A stretch of 64,000 bases of DNA from Patescibacteria group bacterium (GTDB lineage: Bacteria > Patescibacteriota > Patescibacteriia > SG8-24 > DYFX01), in the NCBI GenBank assembly GCA_041659045.1, contig JBAZZB010000002.1:159855-223854 (forward strand), given 5' to 3'. The notes beneath the pieces are model-generated. The model was not told the origin of the DNA. It saw only the letters and a program-made list of their open reading frames with translations, and searched no databases. Position 1 is the first letter of the stretch. Every line of letters begins with the position of its first letter. The position numbers and the translations under genes are program-made. This document shows, piece after piece, positions 19,616 to 28,643 of this stretch.

Positions 19616-20605
19616 ATGCTGAAGCAGCAGATCTTGCCCGCGTACGACATCATTTCCGTCGGTGATGCCACGCTCGACGTCTTCGTGTCGCTTAAAGAAG
19701 CCTCGGTACTTTGCAATCTCCAGAAAGACGTTTGCCAACTCTGCTTGTCGTACGCCGACAAGATCCCGGTTGAAAAAGTGCAGCGTTTAATCGGCGGCAA
19801 TGCGGCGAATAATGCCGTCGGCTCCTCCCGTCTGGGTCTCAAAGCTGCTTTTTACTCGATTGTCGGCAATGACGAAACCGGCCGGAACATCATGGAGACG
19901 GTTTGCGACGCGAAAGTATCGTGCGAGTACATGCAGATCGACAAGAAACAGGAATCGAACTACTCGGTCGTGCTCAACTACAAGGGTGAGCGCACCATTC
20001 TCGTGTACCACATCGATCGCAAGTACAAGATGCCGAAGTTCAAGCCGACCAAGTGGTTTTATCTGACTTCGATGGGTAAGAACCATCTCGGCTTCCATAT
20101 GGAGCTTCTGGCGCACGTGAAAAAAACGGGCGCACAGCTCGCATTCAATCCGGGCACGCACCAGCTCAAGGAGGGTCTTGAAAAACTCAGGCCTTTGCTT
20201 GCCGAAACTTCGGTACTTTTCGTTAACAAAGAAGAAGCACAGCGTCTCGTGGGACAGATTGCCGACATCAAGGAACTGATCGTCGCCATGAAGCGCATTG
20301 GATCAAAAATTGTTGTCATTACTGACGGCGATAAAGGTTCATACGCTCATGACGGTGTTTCATTCTGGAAATGCGGTATTACAAAAACAGCCGTTGTTGA
20401 GCGCACGGGTGCTGGCGATTCGTTTGCCACCGCGTTCTTGGCCGCTACGATCCAAGGCAAACAGATTCCAGAAGCTCTGCATTGGGGCACGATGAACTCG
20501 GGCTCAGTTATCACGAAGGTTGGTCCGCAGGCGGGTCTTCTCACCAAGCCGCAAATTCAAGCATGGCTCAAGAAGTATCCGAAGCCGCGCGCCGTGAAGT
20601 TCTGA
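19616..20605 (+). CDS. PfkB-family carbohydrate kinase
   Basis: GGNAANNAVGSSRLG, FNPG, NKEEA, ERTGAGDSF. Confidence 0.9.
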   Translation: MLKQQILPAYDIISVGDATLDVFVSLKEASVLCNLQKDVCQLCLSYADKIPVEKVQRLIGGNAANNAVGSSRLGLKAAFYSIVGNDETGRNIMETVCDAKVSCEYMQIDKKQESNYSVVLNYKGERTILVYHIDRKYKMPKFKPTKWFYLTSMGKNHLGFHMELLAHVKKTGAQLAFNPGTHQLKEGLEKLRPLLAETSVLFVNKEEAQRLVGQIADIKELIVAMKRIGSKIVVITDGDKGSYAHDGVSFWKCGITKTAVVERTGAGDSFATAFLAATIQGKQIPEALHWGTMNSGSVITKVGPQAGLLTKPQIQAWLKKYPKPRAVKF

Positions 20606-20606
20606 T

Positions 20607-21542
20607 ATGCTCACGACCCTTAAAAAAGTTTTAGCGAAAGCGCACGCCGGAAACTACGCTGTCGGTGCTTTCAACATCAACAATCTTGAGATTCTTCAGG
20701 CGGTCATGCAAGCGGCCGTCGAAATGCGCTCCCCCGTCATCGTGCAAACAAGTGAAGGTGCAGTCGAGTACGCGGGCATGGAGTATCTAAAAGCCATGGT
20801 TGATGTCGCCGCCAAAGCGGACGTCCCCGTTGTTTTCCACCTTGATCACGGTAAGAATCTCGACGTCGTGAAAAAAGCGATCGACAGCGGATACACGTCC
20901 GTCATGTACGACGGCTCGTCTCTGCCCGACGCCGAGAACATTGCCAACACGAAAAAAGTTGTCGGCTGGGCATGGTGGAAAGGCGTATCGGTTGAGGCGG
21001 AACTTGGCGCAATTGCCGGCATCGAAGACTTTGTTTCCGTCGCAGAGAAGGACGCCCATCTGACCAACCCGGAAAAAGCCCTCGCTTTCGTGAAGGCCAC
21101 CAAGTGTGACGCGCTCGCGATTGCCGTCGGGACTCAGCACGGAGCCTTCAAATTCAAGGGGGAAACGATACTCGACTTTGATCGCATCTCCGCCATCAAA
21201 AAGCTCGTACAGATGCCGCTCGTGCTCCACGGAGCCTCAGGCATCTCCCCCGAGCTCGTCGAACGCACGAAGACGCACTGCTCGATCCTCGGCGACTGCG
21301 CTCGACTCGATGGCGCTCACGGCGTCTCCGACGAAGCCATCAAGGAAGCGGTCAAACGCGGCATCAACAAGATCAACGTCGACTCCGACTTGCGCATCGC
21401 CTTTACCGCTGCCGTTCGTGAAACGCTGATCAACGACAAAACAGCGATCGACCCACGCAAGATCGTCGGACCCGCCAAGAAGCTCATGACCGAAGTCGTC
21501 AAACATAAGATGGAACTGTTTGGTTCCGCCGGTAAAGCCTAA
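20607..21542 (+). CDS. fba: Class II fructose-bisphosphate aldolase
   Basis: YAVGAFN, HLDHG, SVMYDGS, EAELG, GTQHGAFK, LVLHGASG, KINVDSD. Confidence 0.93.
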   Translation: MLTTLKKVLAKAHAGNYAVGAFNINNLEILQAVMQAAVEMRSPVIVQTSEGAVEYAGMEYLKAMVDVAAKADVPVVFHLDHGKNLDVVKKAIDSGYTSVMYDGSSLPDAENIANTKKVVGWAWWKGVSVEAELGAIAGIEDFVSVAEKDAHLTNPEKALAFVKATKCDALAIAVGTQHGAFKFKGETILDFDRISAIKKLVQMPLVLHGASGISPELVERTKTHCSILGDCARLDGAHGVSDEAIKEAVKRGINKINVDSDLRIAFTAAVRETLINDKTAIDPRKIVGPAKKLMTEVVKHKMELFGSAGKA

Positions 21543-21546
21543 ATCT

Positions 21547-22515
21547 ATGGCCACCATTCTCGTCACGCGCAAAATCCCGAAGGCGGGACTCGATCTGCTC
21601 AAAGCCGCTGGCCACAAGGTCAAACTGCACAACAAGAGTTCGGTCATGCCGCGCAAGGTGATGCTCAAAGCCGCGAAAGGCTGCGATGCTGTTCTCTCGC
21701 TTCTCACCGACAAGATCGACGAAGAGTTTTTCATTGCCGCGGGCATGCAGCTCAAAGTCGTGGCCAACTACGCGGTTGGTTATGACAACTTCGATCTCAA
21801 GGCCTTTAAGAAACGCGGCGTGGTCGCAACCAATACCCCGACCGTCCTGAACGTTGCCGTGGCCGAACATGCGATCGCTCTCATTCTGGCGGCCGCCAAG
21901 CGCGTCTGCGAATCAGACCGCTTCACGCGCGCCGGCAAATATAAGGGCTGGGAACCGGAGCTCTTGCTCGGTACCGAGCTCACAGGAAAAACGATCGGCG
22001 TGCTTGGTCTCGGACGCATCGGAGCCGACGTCGCGCGGCGCGCTGCTCGCGGCTTGGACATGAAGGTCTTGTATTACGACGTGAAGCGCAACGAACAATT
22101 TGAAAAGGAACTCGGCGCAACATACGCGACTGCCGAAGAATTACTGAAAACCTCGGATGTCGTCTCGATCCACGTGCCGCTCCTGCCTACGACGCGCCAC
22201 ATGATCGACGCCAAGAAACTGAAGATGATGAAGCGGACAGCTATTCTCGTGAACACGTCGCGAGGACCAGTCATCGACGAAAAAGCCTTGGTCTCCGCGC
22301 TCAAAGCCAAACATATCGCTGCCGCCGGACTCGATGTTTACGAATTCGAACCAAAGCTTGTTCCCGGTCTCGCCAAGCTCCCCAACGTCACGCTCACTCC
22401 GCATACCGCTTCGGCCACCATCGAAACGCGCGATGCGATGGCGAAGATCGCCGCTCAAGGTATCATTGACACGCTCGCCGGCAAGACTCCAAGCAACCTG
22501 GTCCCCCTGCCGTAA
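21547..22515 (+). CDS. D-2-hydroxyacid dehydrogenase (glyoxylate/hydroxypyruvate reductase-like)
   Basis: AVGYDN, GLGRIG, NTSRGPVIDE, LDVYEFEP, PHTAS. Confidence 0.92.
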   Translation: MATILVTRKIPKAGLDLLKAAGHKVKLHNKSSVMPRKVMLKAAKGCDAVLSLLTDKIDEEFFIAAGMQLKVVANYAVGYDNFDLKAFKKRGVVATNTPTVLNVAVAEHAIALILAAAKRVCESDRFTRAGKYKGWEPELLLGTELTGKTIGVLGLGRIGADVARRAARGLDMKVLYYDVKRNEQFEKELGATYATAEELLKTSDVVSIHVPLLPTTRHMIDAKKLKMMKRTAILVNTSRGPVIDEKALVSALKAKHIAAAGLDVYEFEPKLVPGLAKLPNVTLTPHTASATIETRDAMAKIAAQGIIDTLAGKTPSNLVPLP

Positions 22516-22578
22516 CATAAAAACTCCCCTGACGACATGTCTGGGGAGTTTTTGGTATGCTCAAGTCAGGAGGCTTTC

Positions 22579-23004
22579 ATGTACAAAACGATCCTTGTAC
22601 CAGCGTATCCTCCGGAAGCGTCAGCTTGGTCGGAACACCTGCCGCATTCCATTCTGATCGAAGCTGAAGAGGACGGCGGCCTGCTTCGCGCCACCATGCA
22701 CTACGCGAAGCAACTGCCTGTAACCGAGCCGCTCTCCATGCATATGGAAAGCTGGTCCTGCGACCACGACGCGAACGGTCGCATCCTCAACATCGAGTTC
22801 CCCCACTATCGCGCCCACACCGTCTACGTCAGCCTCTACAACGCGATCCTCGTCGTAGGAGCCTACGCCGAGCGACCAGCGGCTCTCGCTTCGTATCACC
22901 TAGGCCTCGCGCAACTGGCGCGGTGGCTGCTCGACTACCTTGATGCCGCGGAGGATCGTCTCCGCGTCGGACTAGCCGTCCCGTTCACGAGCCCAATGCT
23001 CTGA
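22579..23004 (+). CDS. Hypothetical protein (orphan)
   Basis: CAGGAGG SD; follows a terminator hairpin at about 22518-22552. Confidence 0.55.
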   Translation: MYKTILVPAYPPEASAWSEHLPHSILIEAEEDGGLLRATMHYAKQLPVTEPLSMHMESWSCDHDANGRILNIEFPHYRAHTVYVSLYNAILVVGAYAERPAALASYHLGLAQLARWLLDYLDAAEDRLRVGLAVPFTSPML

Positions 23005-23015
23005 ACGGGATTTTT

Positions 23016-23795
23016 TTATGGGTTTCGCAAACGTAATCCGTCATAGGCCAACGACAGCTTCATGTCTGGCGCGTGCACAGCTGCGTAGGCCTTGAGTACA
23101 CGCTCCGCTTCGTTGTGCGGCGGATACGTATGACCTGTCTGCGTCAGGACGAGATGTTCGATACCAAGCCACTGCGCGTATTTGATCGATTTGTCCGGCG
23201 TCAGATGTCCACGATACTTTTGTGCGAACCAAAAGGCCGCATCAAGAACGAGTGTACGAACCCCTTGCAGCTGTTTCAAGGTTTGAGAAGGAATCGAAGC
23301 GACGTCGCTTGCGTAGGCTAATTTGCCGATACGGAAGCCGAACGTCGGAAACCCTGATTGCAAACTGTGCCGTACGCGCAAGAATCTCACAGAAAGAGCG
23401 CCAATTTTGGCCGTGGCTCCGGACTTTACAAATCGGTATTCAAGACCAGGAAACGTGCCATAGCGCTTTTGCGTCGGTGCCTCCGTGTATATCGTAAGCA
23501 TGCGTTTTTTCGCTGATGCCCACTCGCCAAGGGCGCGGAGCCCGCCCGCGGCATCGAGATGTGCGTGCGTAAGAATCACAGCATCAAGATGCTGCACGCG
23601 GTGCGATGCGAGCTGATACCCAATGTCCGGCCCTGCGTCGATGAGAATGGACGTCTCGCGCAAACGCAGGAGCGCCGCCGAACGCAAGCGTCGGCTTTTC
23701 GATTGCGGTTTCAATCCGTCCCGACAAAGCGCGTCATCGTGCCCCATGCGCGGGATCGCTTCGGCCGGCCCGGTTCCGAGGAACAGGAGTTCCAT
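23016..23795 (-). CDS. MBL-fold metallo-hydrolase (PhnP-like phosphodiesterase)
   Basis: FLGTG, LIDAGPD, THAHLDAAGG (last motif His replaced), YASD, AYDG. Confidence 0.85.
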   Translation of the reverse strand: MELLFLGTGPAEAIPRMGHDDALCRDGLKPQSKSRRLRSAALLRLRETSILIDAGPDIGYQLASHRVQHLDAVILTHAHLDAAGGLRALGEWASAKKRMLTIYTEAPTQKRYGTFPGLEYRFVKSGATAKIGALSVRFLRVRHSLQSGFPTFGFRIGKLAYASDVASIPSQTLKQLQGVRTLVLDAAFWFAQKYRGHLTPDKSIKYAQWLGIEHLVLTQTGHTYPPHNEAERVLKAYAAVHAPDMKLSLAYDGLRLRNP

Positions 23796-23883
23796 AGCTA
23801 CTTCCAGCATACCCCATGAGACCTTGACCGCCAACGAGAAATGGCCGTATCGTAGAACTAGCGACCGCACCCTAGGAGGCGCC

Positions 23884-24285
23884 ATGCTGACGTTCACCCT
23901 TTGCGTGAAATGCGGAAAGCACGGGCGCTTTGTCGGAACGCCCAACGACATACCCGTCGAAGTTGGCAGTAAGTGCATCGCGTTCGCGCTTCTCGAGCTC
24001 GCCATGAGAAGCGGCGCCTTGTCGGAAGACAAACTGCGCAGTCTCATGCTGGTGATCTACCACTCGCGCATGTCTGACGTTGAGGATGCCAGCGACATCG
24101 ATGGACAAGACGGCAGTGAAACCTGCGTTGATCTGAAACTTCGCGAGCATATCGCGACTTGGAATGAAGCCGCCGCCGTAACCAACTGCCTTGGTCAGTT
24201 CGCCCAATCCGACTTTCACGACTACGTTGAGATGCTCGAGGCCCCCATACCTCAGCTCCGCCACGCGCCGCAGCCAAACAACTGA
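23884..24285 (+). CDS. Hypothetical protein, CGKHGR domain
   Basis: AGGAGG SD; similar to the C-terminal half of the next gene. Confidence 0.65.
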   Translation: MLTFTLCVKCGKHGRFVGTPNDIPVEVGSKCIAFALLELAMRSGALSEDKLRSLMLVIYHSRMSDVEDASDIDGQDGSETCVDLKLREHIATWNEAAAVTNCLGQFAQSDFHDYVEMLEAPIPQLRHAPQPNN

Positions 24286-24344
24286 CTGCGGTTTTTCATT
24301 GACACATCATGGTTTTTCGAGTAGCGTCCTGGCTGGAGGCAGAC

Positions 24345-24959
24345 ATGGACGACGATTTCAGAGATTGGTACATGCGCCTTGTTAAGGCAGAACTTGTCGA
24401 TATCACGCTCAAAGCGTGGTTTGCTAATGGCGATGAATTCTCGATCTTGGAAATCATGATGCCGGGATACGGGAAGGTCCAGACCCCAACCGCCGTTCTC
24501 TACGACGGTACTGACGGTCCCGTCATCCAGCTCACAGTCCTGAGCGAGAGCGTTGAGATCACCGCTGACATGATCCGCCTTGAGCACGATCCGCGTTACG
24601 CCATGCTCAAAGCAGAGTCCATGCGAACCGGGACGCCACTGCGCTCACAGGCAGCTGCGGAGTTCTGCGGCTGCGGAAAGCACGGTCGCCTGGTCGGCAT
24701 CGATGGCTTTCGCGGTCCGGAGTTCTTCTCAAGACCCTCAGCGCTCTACATGCTCGACGCCTCGGCGGAGTGGAGGCGCTATTCCCCAAAGACCATCGAG
24801 CGTCTGAGAGAGCTCATCCTCAGCACGCCTTTGCCGCTGAAGGACAAAGACGCACACCCAGACATGGTCGAGCAGGTCCTCCGCTGGAATACCCTGCAAG
24901 TCGCACATGGCGGCACCCTCGATCACGCCCGGTTCCACGAACTCATGCAGCCTGCCTAG
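24345..24959 (+). CDS. Hypothetical protein with C-terminal CGKHGR domain
   Basis: TTGACA upstream, GGAGG SD, terminator-like hairpin at the stop; paralogous to the previous gene. Confidence 0.65.
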   Translation: MDDDFRDWYMRLVKAELVDITLKAWFANGDEFSILEIMMPGYGKVQTPTAVLYDGTDGPVIQLTVLSESVEITADMIRLEHDPRYAMLKAESMRTGTPLRSQAAAEFCGCGKHGRLVGIDGFRGPEFFSRPSALYMLDASAEWRRYSPKTIERLRELILSTPLPLKDKDAHPDMVEQVLRWNTLQVAHGGTLDHARFHELMQPA

Positions 24960-25013
24960 GCTGCTTTTTTCTATTGACCAAAAAAGCAAAAACCACTATT
25001 GTAACCCCGTCCT

Positions 25014-25089
25014 GGGCCGCTAGCTCATCTGGTAGAGCACCGCCTTTGCAAGGCGGGGGTGGTCGGTTCGAGTCCGACGCGGTCCACCA
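25014..25089 (+). tRNA. tRNA-Ala(TGC)
   Basis: Cloverleaf, CCGCC-TTTGCAA-GGCGG anticodon arm, G3:U70 pair, CCA end; terminator at about 25089-25117. Confidence 0.95.
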
Positions 25090-25140
25090 AAAAGACCCCA
25101 ACTGTTGGGGTCTTTTTGTATCTGCAACCGTGAGAAAGCT

Positions 25141-25947
25141 CTACGGTTGAGTCGTGGTCGCGGAAGTCGTCGTGCCAACCTTCAGCTTGGCCTTGAGGAC
25201 GTCGCGTGCTTTAAGAGCTGCGGCCTTGAACACTTCCTTTGCCTTCTCGACGGCAGCGCGGCGTGTCTCAGCCAAGGCGCGCGCATTGGCTCCGATCCTG
25301 TCGGCTGCTTGCACGTCCGCGCGGAACTTGGCGTGTGCCGCGTCCAAACTGGCCTTCAAAGTGGTTCTCACCGTCGCACCTTCGATACCCGCTTCGCAGT
25401 CAGCCTTCGCTTTGGCGATAGCGGTTTTTACGCTGTTCTTGAGCGTATCTACCGCGGTCTGCACGGCCGCTTTGCGGTCCGTAACGGCCTTATCGAGTCC
25501 CGTACGGAAAACACTATTCGCGGCATCAAGAGAGGCCTGACGGGCATTGAAAGCCGCCTGCATATCGATCTTGAACTGAGCGATTGCAGCCTTCTGGACG
25601 TCCGTGGTGGCCTTGGCCTGCATCTCAAGCACGAGCGCGTCCCACCGCGTACTCCAGTTCTCGCGACGTTCGGTGGCGTTTTCCCTATGCTCGGAGCGGC
25701 GATCCGTAACATCCTCTTTTCGCTCGTCGCGTCGCTTATCGACCTCAACGCGCCGTTCATCAAGTTTCTCCAAAAGCTTTTCTGAAGCTTGGGTGATACG
25801 TTCACAGATGTTCACCGTACCTTCGGCCCGAACGCCCAGATTCACAGGCTCGTTGACACGGGGCTCTCGCGCAAAAGCTGGCAGAGCAGACGAAAGCAAC
25901 AGAGCCACTCCGGCTGCGGCGCCGGCAACCGCTCGCTTAGAGTTCAT
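25141..25947 (-). CDS. Secreted coiled-coil protein
   Basis: Signal peptide ending ALPAFA, Ala/Lys/Arg/Glu-rich helices. Confidence 0.7.
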   Translation of the reverse strand: MNSKRAVAGAAAGVALLLSSALPAFAREPRVNEPVNLGVRAEGTVNICERITQASEKLLEKLDERRVEVDKRRDERKEDVTDRRSEHRENATERRENWSTRWDALVLEMQAKATTDVQKAAIAQFKIDMQAAFNARQASLDAANSVFRTGLDKAVTDRKAAVQTAVDTLKNSVKTAIAKAKADCEAGIEGATVRTTLKASLDAAHAKFRADVQAADRIGANARALAETRRAAVEKAKEVFKAAALKARDVLKAKLKVGTTTSATTTQP

Positions 25948-26242
25948 TCTGATCATACGCTTTGCCATAGGCATTCAATTCTGCGGAATCATTGGTGATA
26001 ATCTCCGCGTCGGAATTTTCCTTGAGCTCCTCCTTCGTGGAGGCATCAACCTCGCCAAACGCGGCCTCGAGACCAGCGTCCACGCTCGCATCGAGCGAAC
26101 TGTCCTTCGTGGTCTCAACCTCCGTCTTGTCGTTCTTGCTCTTCTCGGGGGTCGCGCTCTGATCGTCGTACCCGGCACATCCCGCTCCAACGAGCAGTAG
26201 TACGGAGGCAGACGCCAACCAGGACTTCCAGTTGCGTGTCAT
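25937..26242 (-). CDS. Small acidic lipoprotein
   Basis: LLLVGAGC lipobox. Confidence 0.7.
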   Translation of the reverse strand: MTRNWKSWLASASVLLLVGAGCAGYDDQSATPEKSKNDKTEVETTKDSSLDASVDAGLEAAFGEVDASTKEELKENSDAEIITNDSAELNAYGKAYDQNEL

Positions 26243-26319
26243 ACAGTAAAGTTAAGACTGAGCTGTACCCATATAGTAACATAGACGGGCCAAGGTGTTT
26301 CTCCTTACAATGCAAGCAT

Positions 26320-28041
26320 ATGAACTCTCCCCAACTGAATGAATACGTTCGCCAGCGTCTTTCAACTGGCGAATCTATCGACGCGATCCATGAAGACCTG
26401 AAGCGAACCGGTTGGGATGAGTCTGCCATTCAAGCCGCCCTGGGCACGCCAGCAGTACCAACTGCAGCTTCAGGATCAATCACGAGCGCGCCATCACCGA
26501 AACGGTGGGGTTTACTTGTTGGTGTTGTGATTGGCGTTCTTGCGGTGGTCGGCGGGGCTTCCGCGACCTATCTCCTGTATTTCAAAGCGAACCCCGACAA
26601 AATTGTGGGTGAGGCTTTGAGCGCCATGATCGATCTCAATGCCGTAGAGTACGCTGCCAGTTTGAAAATTGAGGCAACGAGCAGCGCTACAAGCTCTGGT
26701 GCCATGACGATTCTGCCGATCCTTGGAGCTTCAGATGACAGTAAAAAGCCGATGAAGCTCCTTCTTACGCTCGAAGGTGCCTATGACCGTTTGGATCGAG
26801 CCCAGACAAAGTCAAAAATGAACGTAAAGATCGCCAGTACGGAAGTCATGAACGGTTCTCCGATTGTGGGTCTTAGCGTTCTCCAGCTCCCCGAGGCCAC
26901 GTATCTCAGCCTCACCGACGCTCCTTCGAACATGTTTATCGACTTGTCGCCGATCGTCGGCACCTGGATAAAGATTGACCCAAAGAGCCTCGTCAAACAG
27001 TTCGCTTCGAACACTGCGACGCCTGAAACGACGAAGAAGCAGGTCACAGCGGAGCAAACGGAAGCGCTGAAGCTTGCGTTCGCGCAAACGCGGCCAATTC
27101 GCGTAACGGAAACACTGAAAGCAGAAGAGGTTGATGGTGTATCCTCGCTGCACTACCGCTTGGCAATTGAAAAAGACGCGTTGAAAGAATTTGTGATCAA
27201 GACACAGGAGATCATGGACGGTGAGGCTTCTCTTGCGTACGAAAAGTTTAACGATGATTACGAACGGTTCTCCAAGCAGCTGAATATTACGTCGCTTGAA
27301 ATGTGGATCGGAAAAGAGAGCGGTCTGCCAACTCGCTTTTCACTCCAAGCGACTGCAAAGGAATCGGAAGACGTGCCGGCGGAAGGCACTCTGGCGTTTG
27401 ATCTGAAACTCAAAAATTTCAACCAGACGCCGACGATTGAAGCTCCAAAAGAGTCGAAAACGTTTGAGGAAATTTTTGGTGAACTCATGGGCGGCGCGAT
27501 GGAGAGCTCATCTGATAACGACACAAGGAGCACGGCAACAAAGCGCATCGACAACATTCATCAGATTCAGACAGCACTTGAGTTGGGGTATTCTGAAGCG
27601 AACGCCTACCCGATCGCCGCTCAACCAATCATCGTCGGCGGCAAGTCCGCAAGCGTACTCTGCCTCTCAAACCGAAAGGCGGCGTGGGTCGCGACGAGCG
27701 CGAGCTGCAACGGAACCGTGTACTTGGGAAACGTGCCGAGCGAACCTTCTCCCGCGTCAGCCAGCTATCTCTATCGCAGTAAGGATGGTATGACCTACAC
27801 ACTTCAATTCTCGCTGGCTGAAGGCGCTGGTCAACTGACGGAGGGACCGCAATGCGCCAGTCAGGACGGCATCGTATCGCTTACCTGCGACACGAACGAC
27901 TGGGACGGCGACGGACTTTCTGACGCGGATGAGGCCCGTTATTCCAGCGATCCAAAACTGGGCGATACGGATAATGATGGTTTCACGGATGGCGCAGAAG
28001 TTGCCGGGGGGTATAACCCAAACGGTGCGGGCAAGCTCTAA
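26320..28041 (+). CDS. Multidomain membrane-anchored protein (beta-rich region, pilin-like segment, Ca-binding DxDxDG repeats)
   Basis: TM helix; KRIDNIHQIQTALELGYSEANAYP resembles the pseudopilin helix; C-terminal DWDGDGLSD...DTDNDGFTDGAEV; start after TACAAT. Confidence 0.7.
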   Translation: MNSPQLNEYVRQRLSTGESIDAIHEDLKRTGWDESAIQAALGTPAVPTAASGSITSAPSPKRWGLLVGVVIGVLAVVGGASATYLLYFKANPDKIVGEALSAMIDLNAVEYAASLKIEATSSATSSGAMTILPILGASDDSKKPMKLLLTLEGAYDRLDRAQTKSKMNVKIASTEVMNGSPIVGLSVLQLPEATYLSLTDAPSNMFIDLSPIVGTWIKIDPKSLVKQFASNTATPETTKKQVTAEQTEALKLAFAQTRPIRVTETLKAEEVDGVSSLHYRLAIEKDALKEFVIKTQEIMDGEASLAYEKFNDDYERFSKQLNITSLEMWIGKESGLPTRFSLQATAKESEDVPAEGTLAFDLKLKNFNQTPTIEAPKESKTFEEIFGELMGGAMESSSDNDTRSTATKRIDNIHQIQTALELGYSEANAYPIAAQPIIVGGKSASVLCLSNRKAAWVATSASCNGTVYLGNVPSEPSPASASYLYRSKDGMTYTLQFSLAEGAGQLTEGPQCASQDGIVSLTCDTNDWDGDGLSDADEARYSSDPKLGDTDNDGFTDGAEVAGGYNPNGAGKL

Positions 28042-28048
28042 TACTCCT

Positions 28049-28405
28049 ATGGCCACCATTCAAAATCCGACGGAAATTCGTCCTTGGGGTGGGTTCCAAA
28101 ATCTTTTTGGAAGCGAGGATTTCTTAGTGAAGCTCGTTGAAGTTGCTCCGGGCCACAGATTGAGCTTGCAGCGCCACTTCAAGCGCGAGGAATTCTGGAT
28201 CGTCATTAGTGGAAATGGAGTTTTTGAGCTTGATGGCACCGAACGCGCAATCGCTCCGGGCGACATGATGCGCGTCGGTCTAACGCAGACGCACCGCGTT
28301 TCAAATCAAGAATCGATCCCTCTCTTGATTCTTGAACTGCAAAAAGGAGAATGTCGTGAGGATGATATCGAACGTCTTGCAGACGATTATAAGCGTGCGT
28401 CGTGA
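28049..28405 (+). CDS. Mannose-6-phosphate isomerase type II C-terminal cupin
   Basis: RPWG, LSLQRHFKREEFW, THRVSN, EDDIERLADDY. Confidence 0.85.
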   Translation: MATIQNPTEIRPWGGFQNLFGSEDFLVKLVEVAPGHRLSLQRHFKREEFWIVISGNGVFELDGTERAIAPGDMMRVGLTQTHRVSNQESIPLLILELQKGECREDDIERLADDYKRAS

Positions 28406-28519
28406 ATTTTATCCACAGTTCGCGTCTCGACACGTCTTCACAGTTGGAAATTATGTTATACTGTGAATGTACGAAGATCGCGTTAAGCGATCAACATCGT
28501 TAAAGAGGAGGTGATTCGA

Positions 28520-28588
28520 ATGGCAAAGAAAAAGAAAGCCGCGAAGAAGGGTGGTAAGAAGAAGGCTGCAAAGAAGAAGAAGATCTAA
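28520..28588 (+). CDS. 22-aa lysine-rich micro-protein MAKKKKAAKKGGKKKAAKKKKI
   Basis: Manual translation; AGGAGGTGAT SD at 28506-28515, TGTTATACT upstream, terminator hairpin downstream. Confidence 0.7.
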   Translation: MAKKKKAAKKGGKKKAAKKKKI

Positions 28589-28603
28589 GATCTTCTTACA
28601 AGA

Positions 28604-28642
28604 AAAAACTTCCGCTCCATGCTTGCGGAAGTTTTTCTTTTT
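28604..28642. terminator. Bidirectional intrinsic terminator
   Basis: AAAAACTTCCGC...GCGGAAGTTTTT. Confidence 0.75.
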
Positions 28643-28643
28643 A

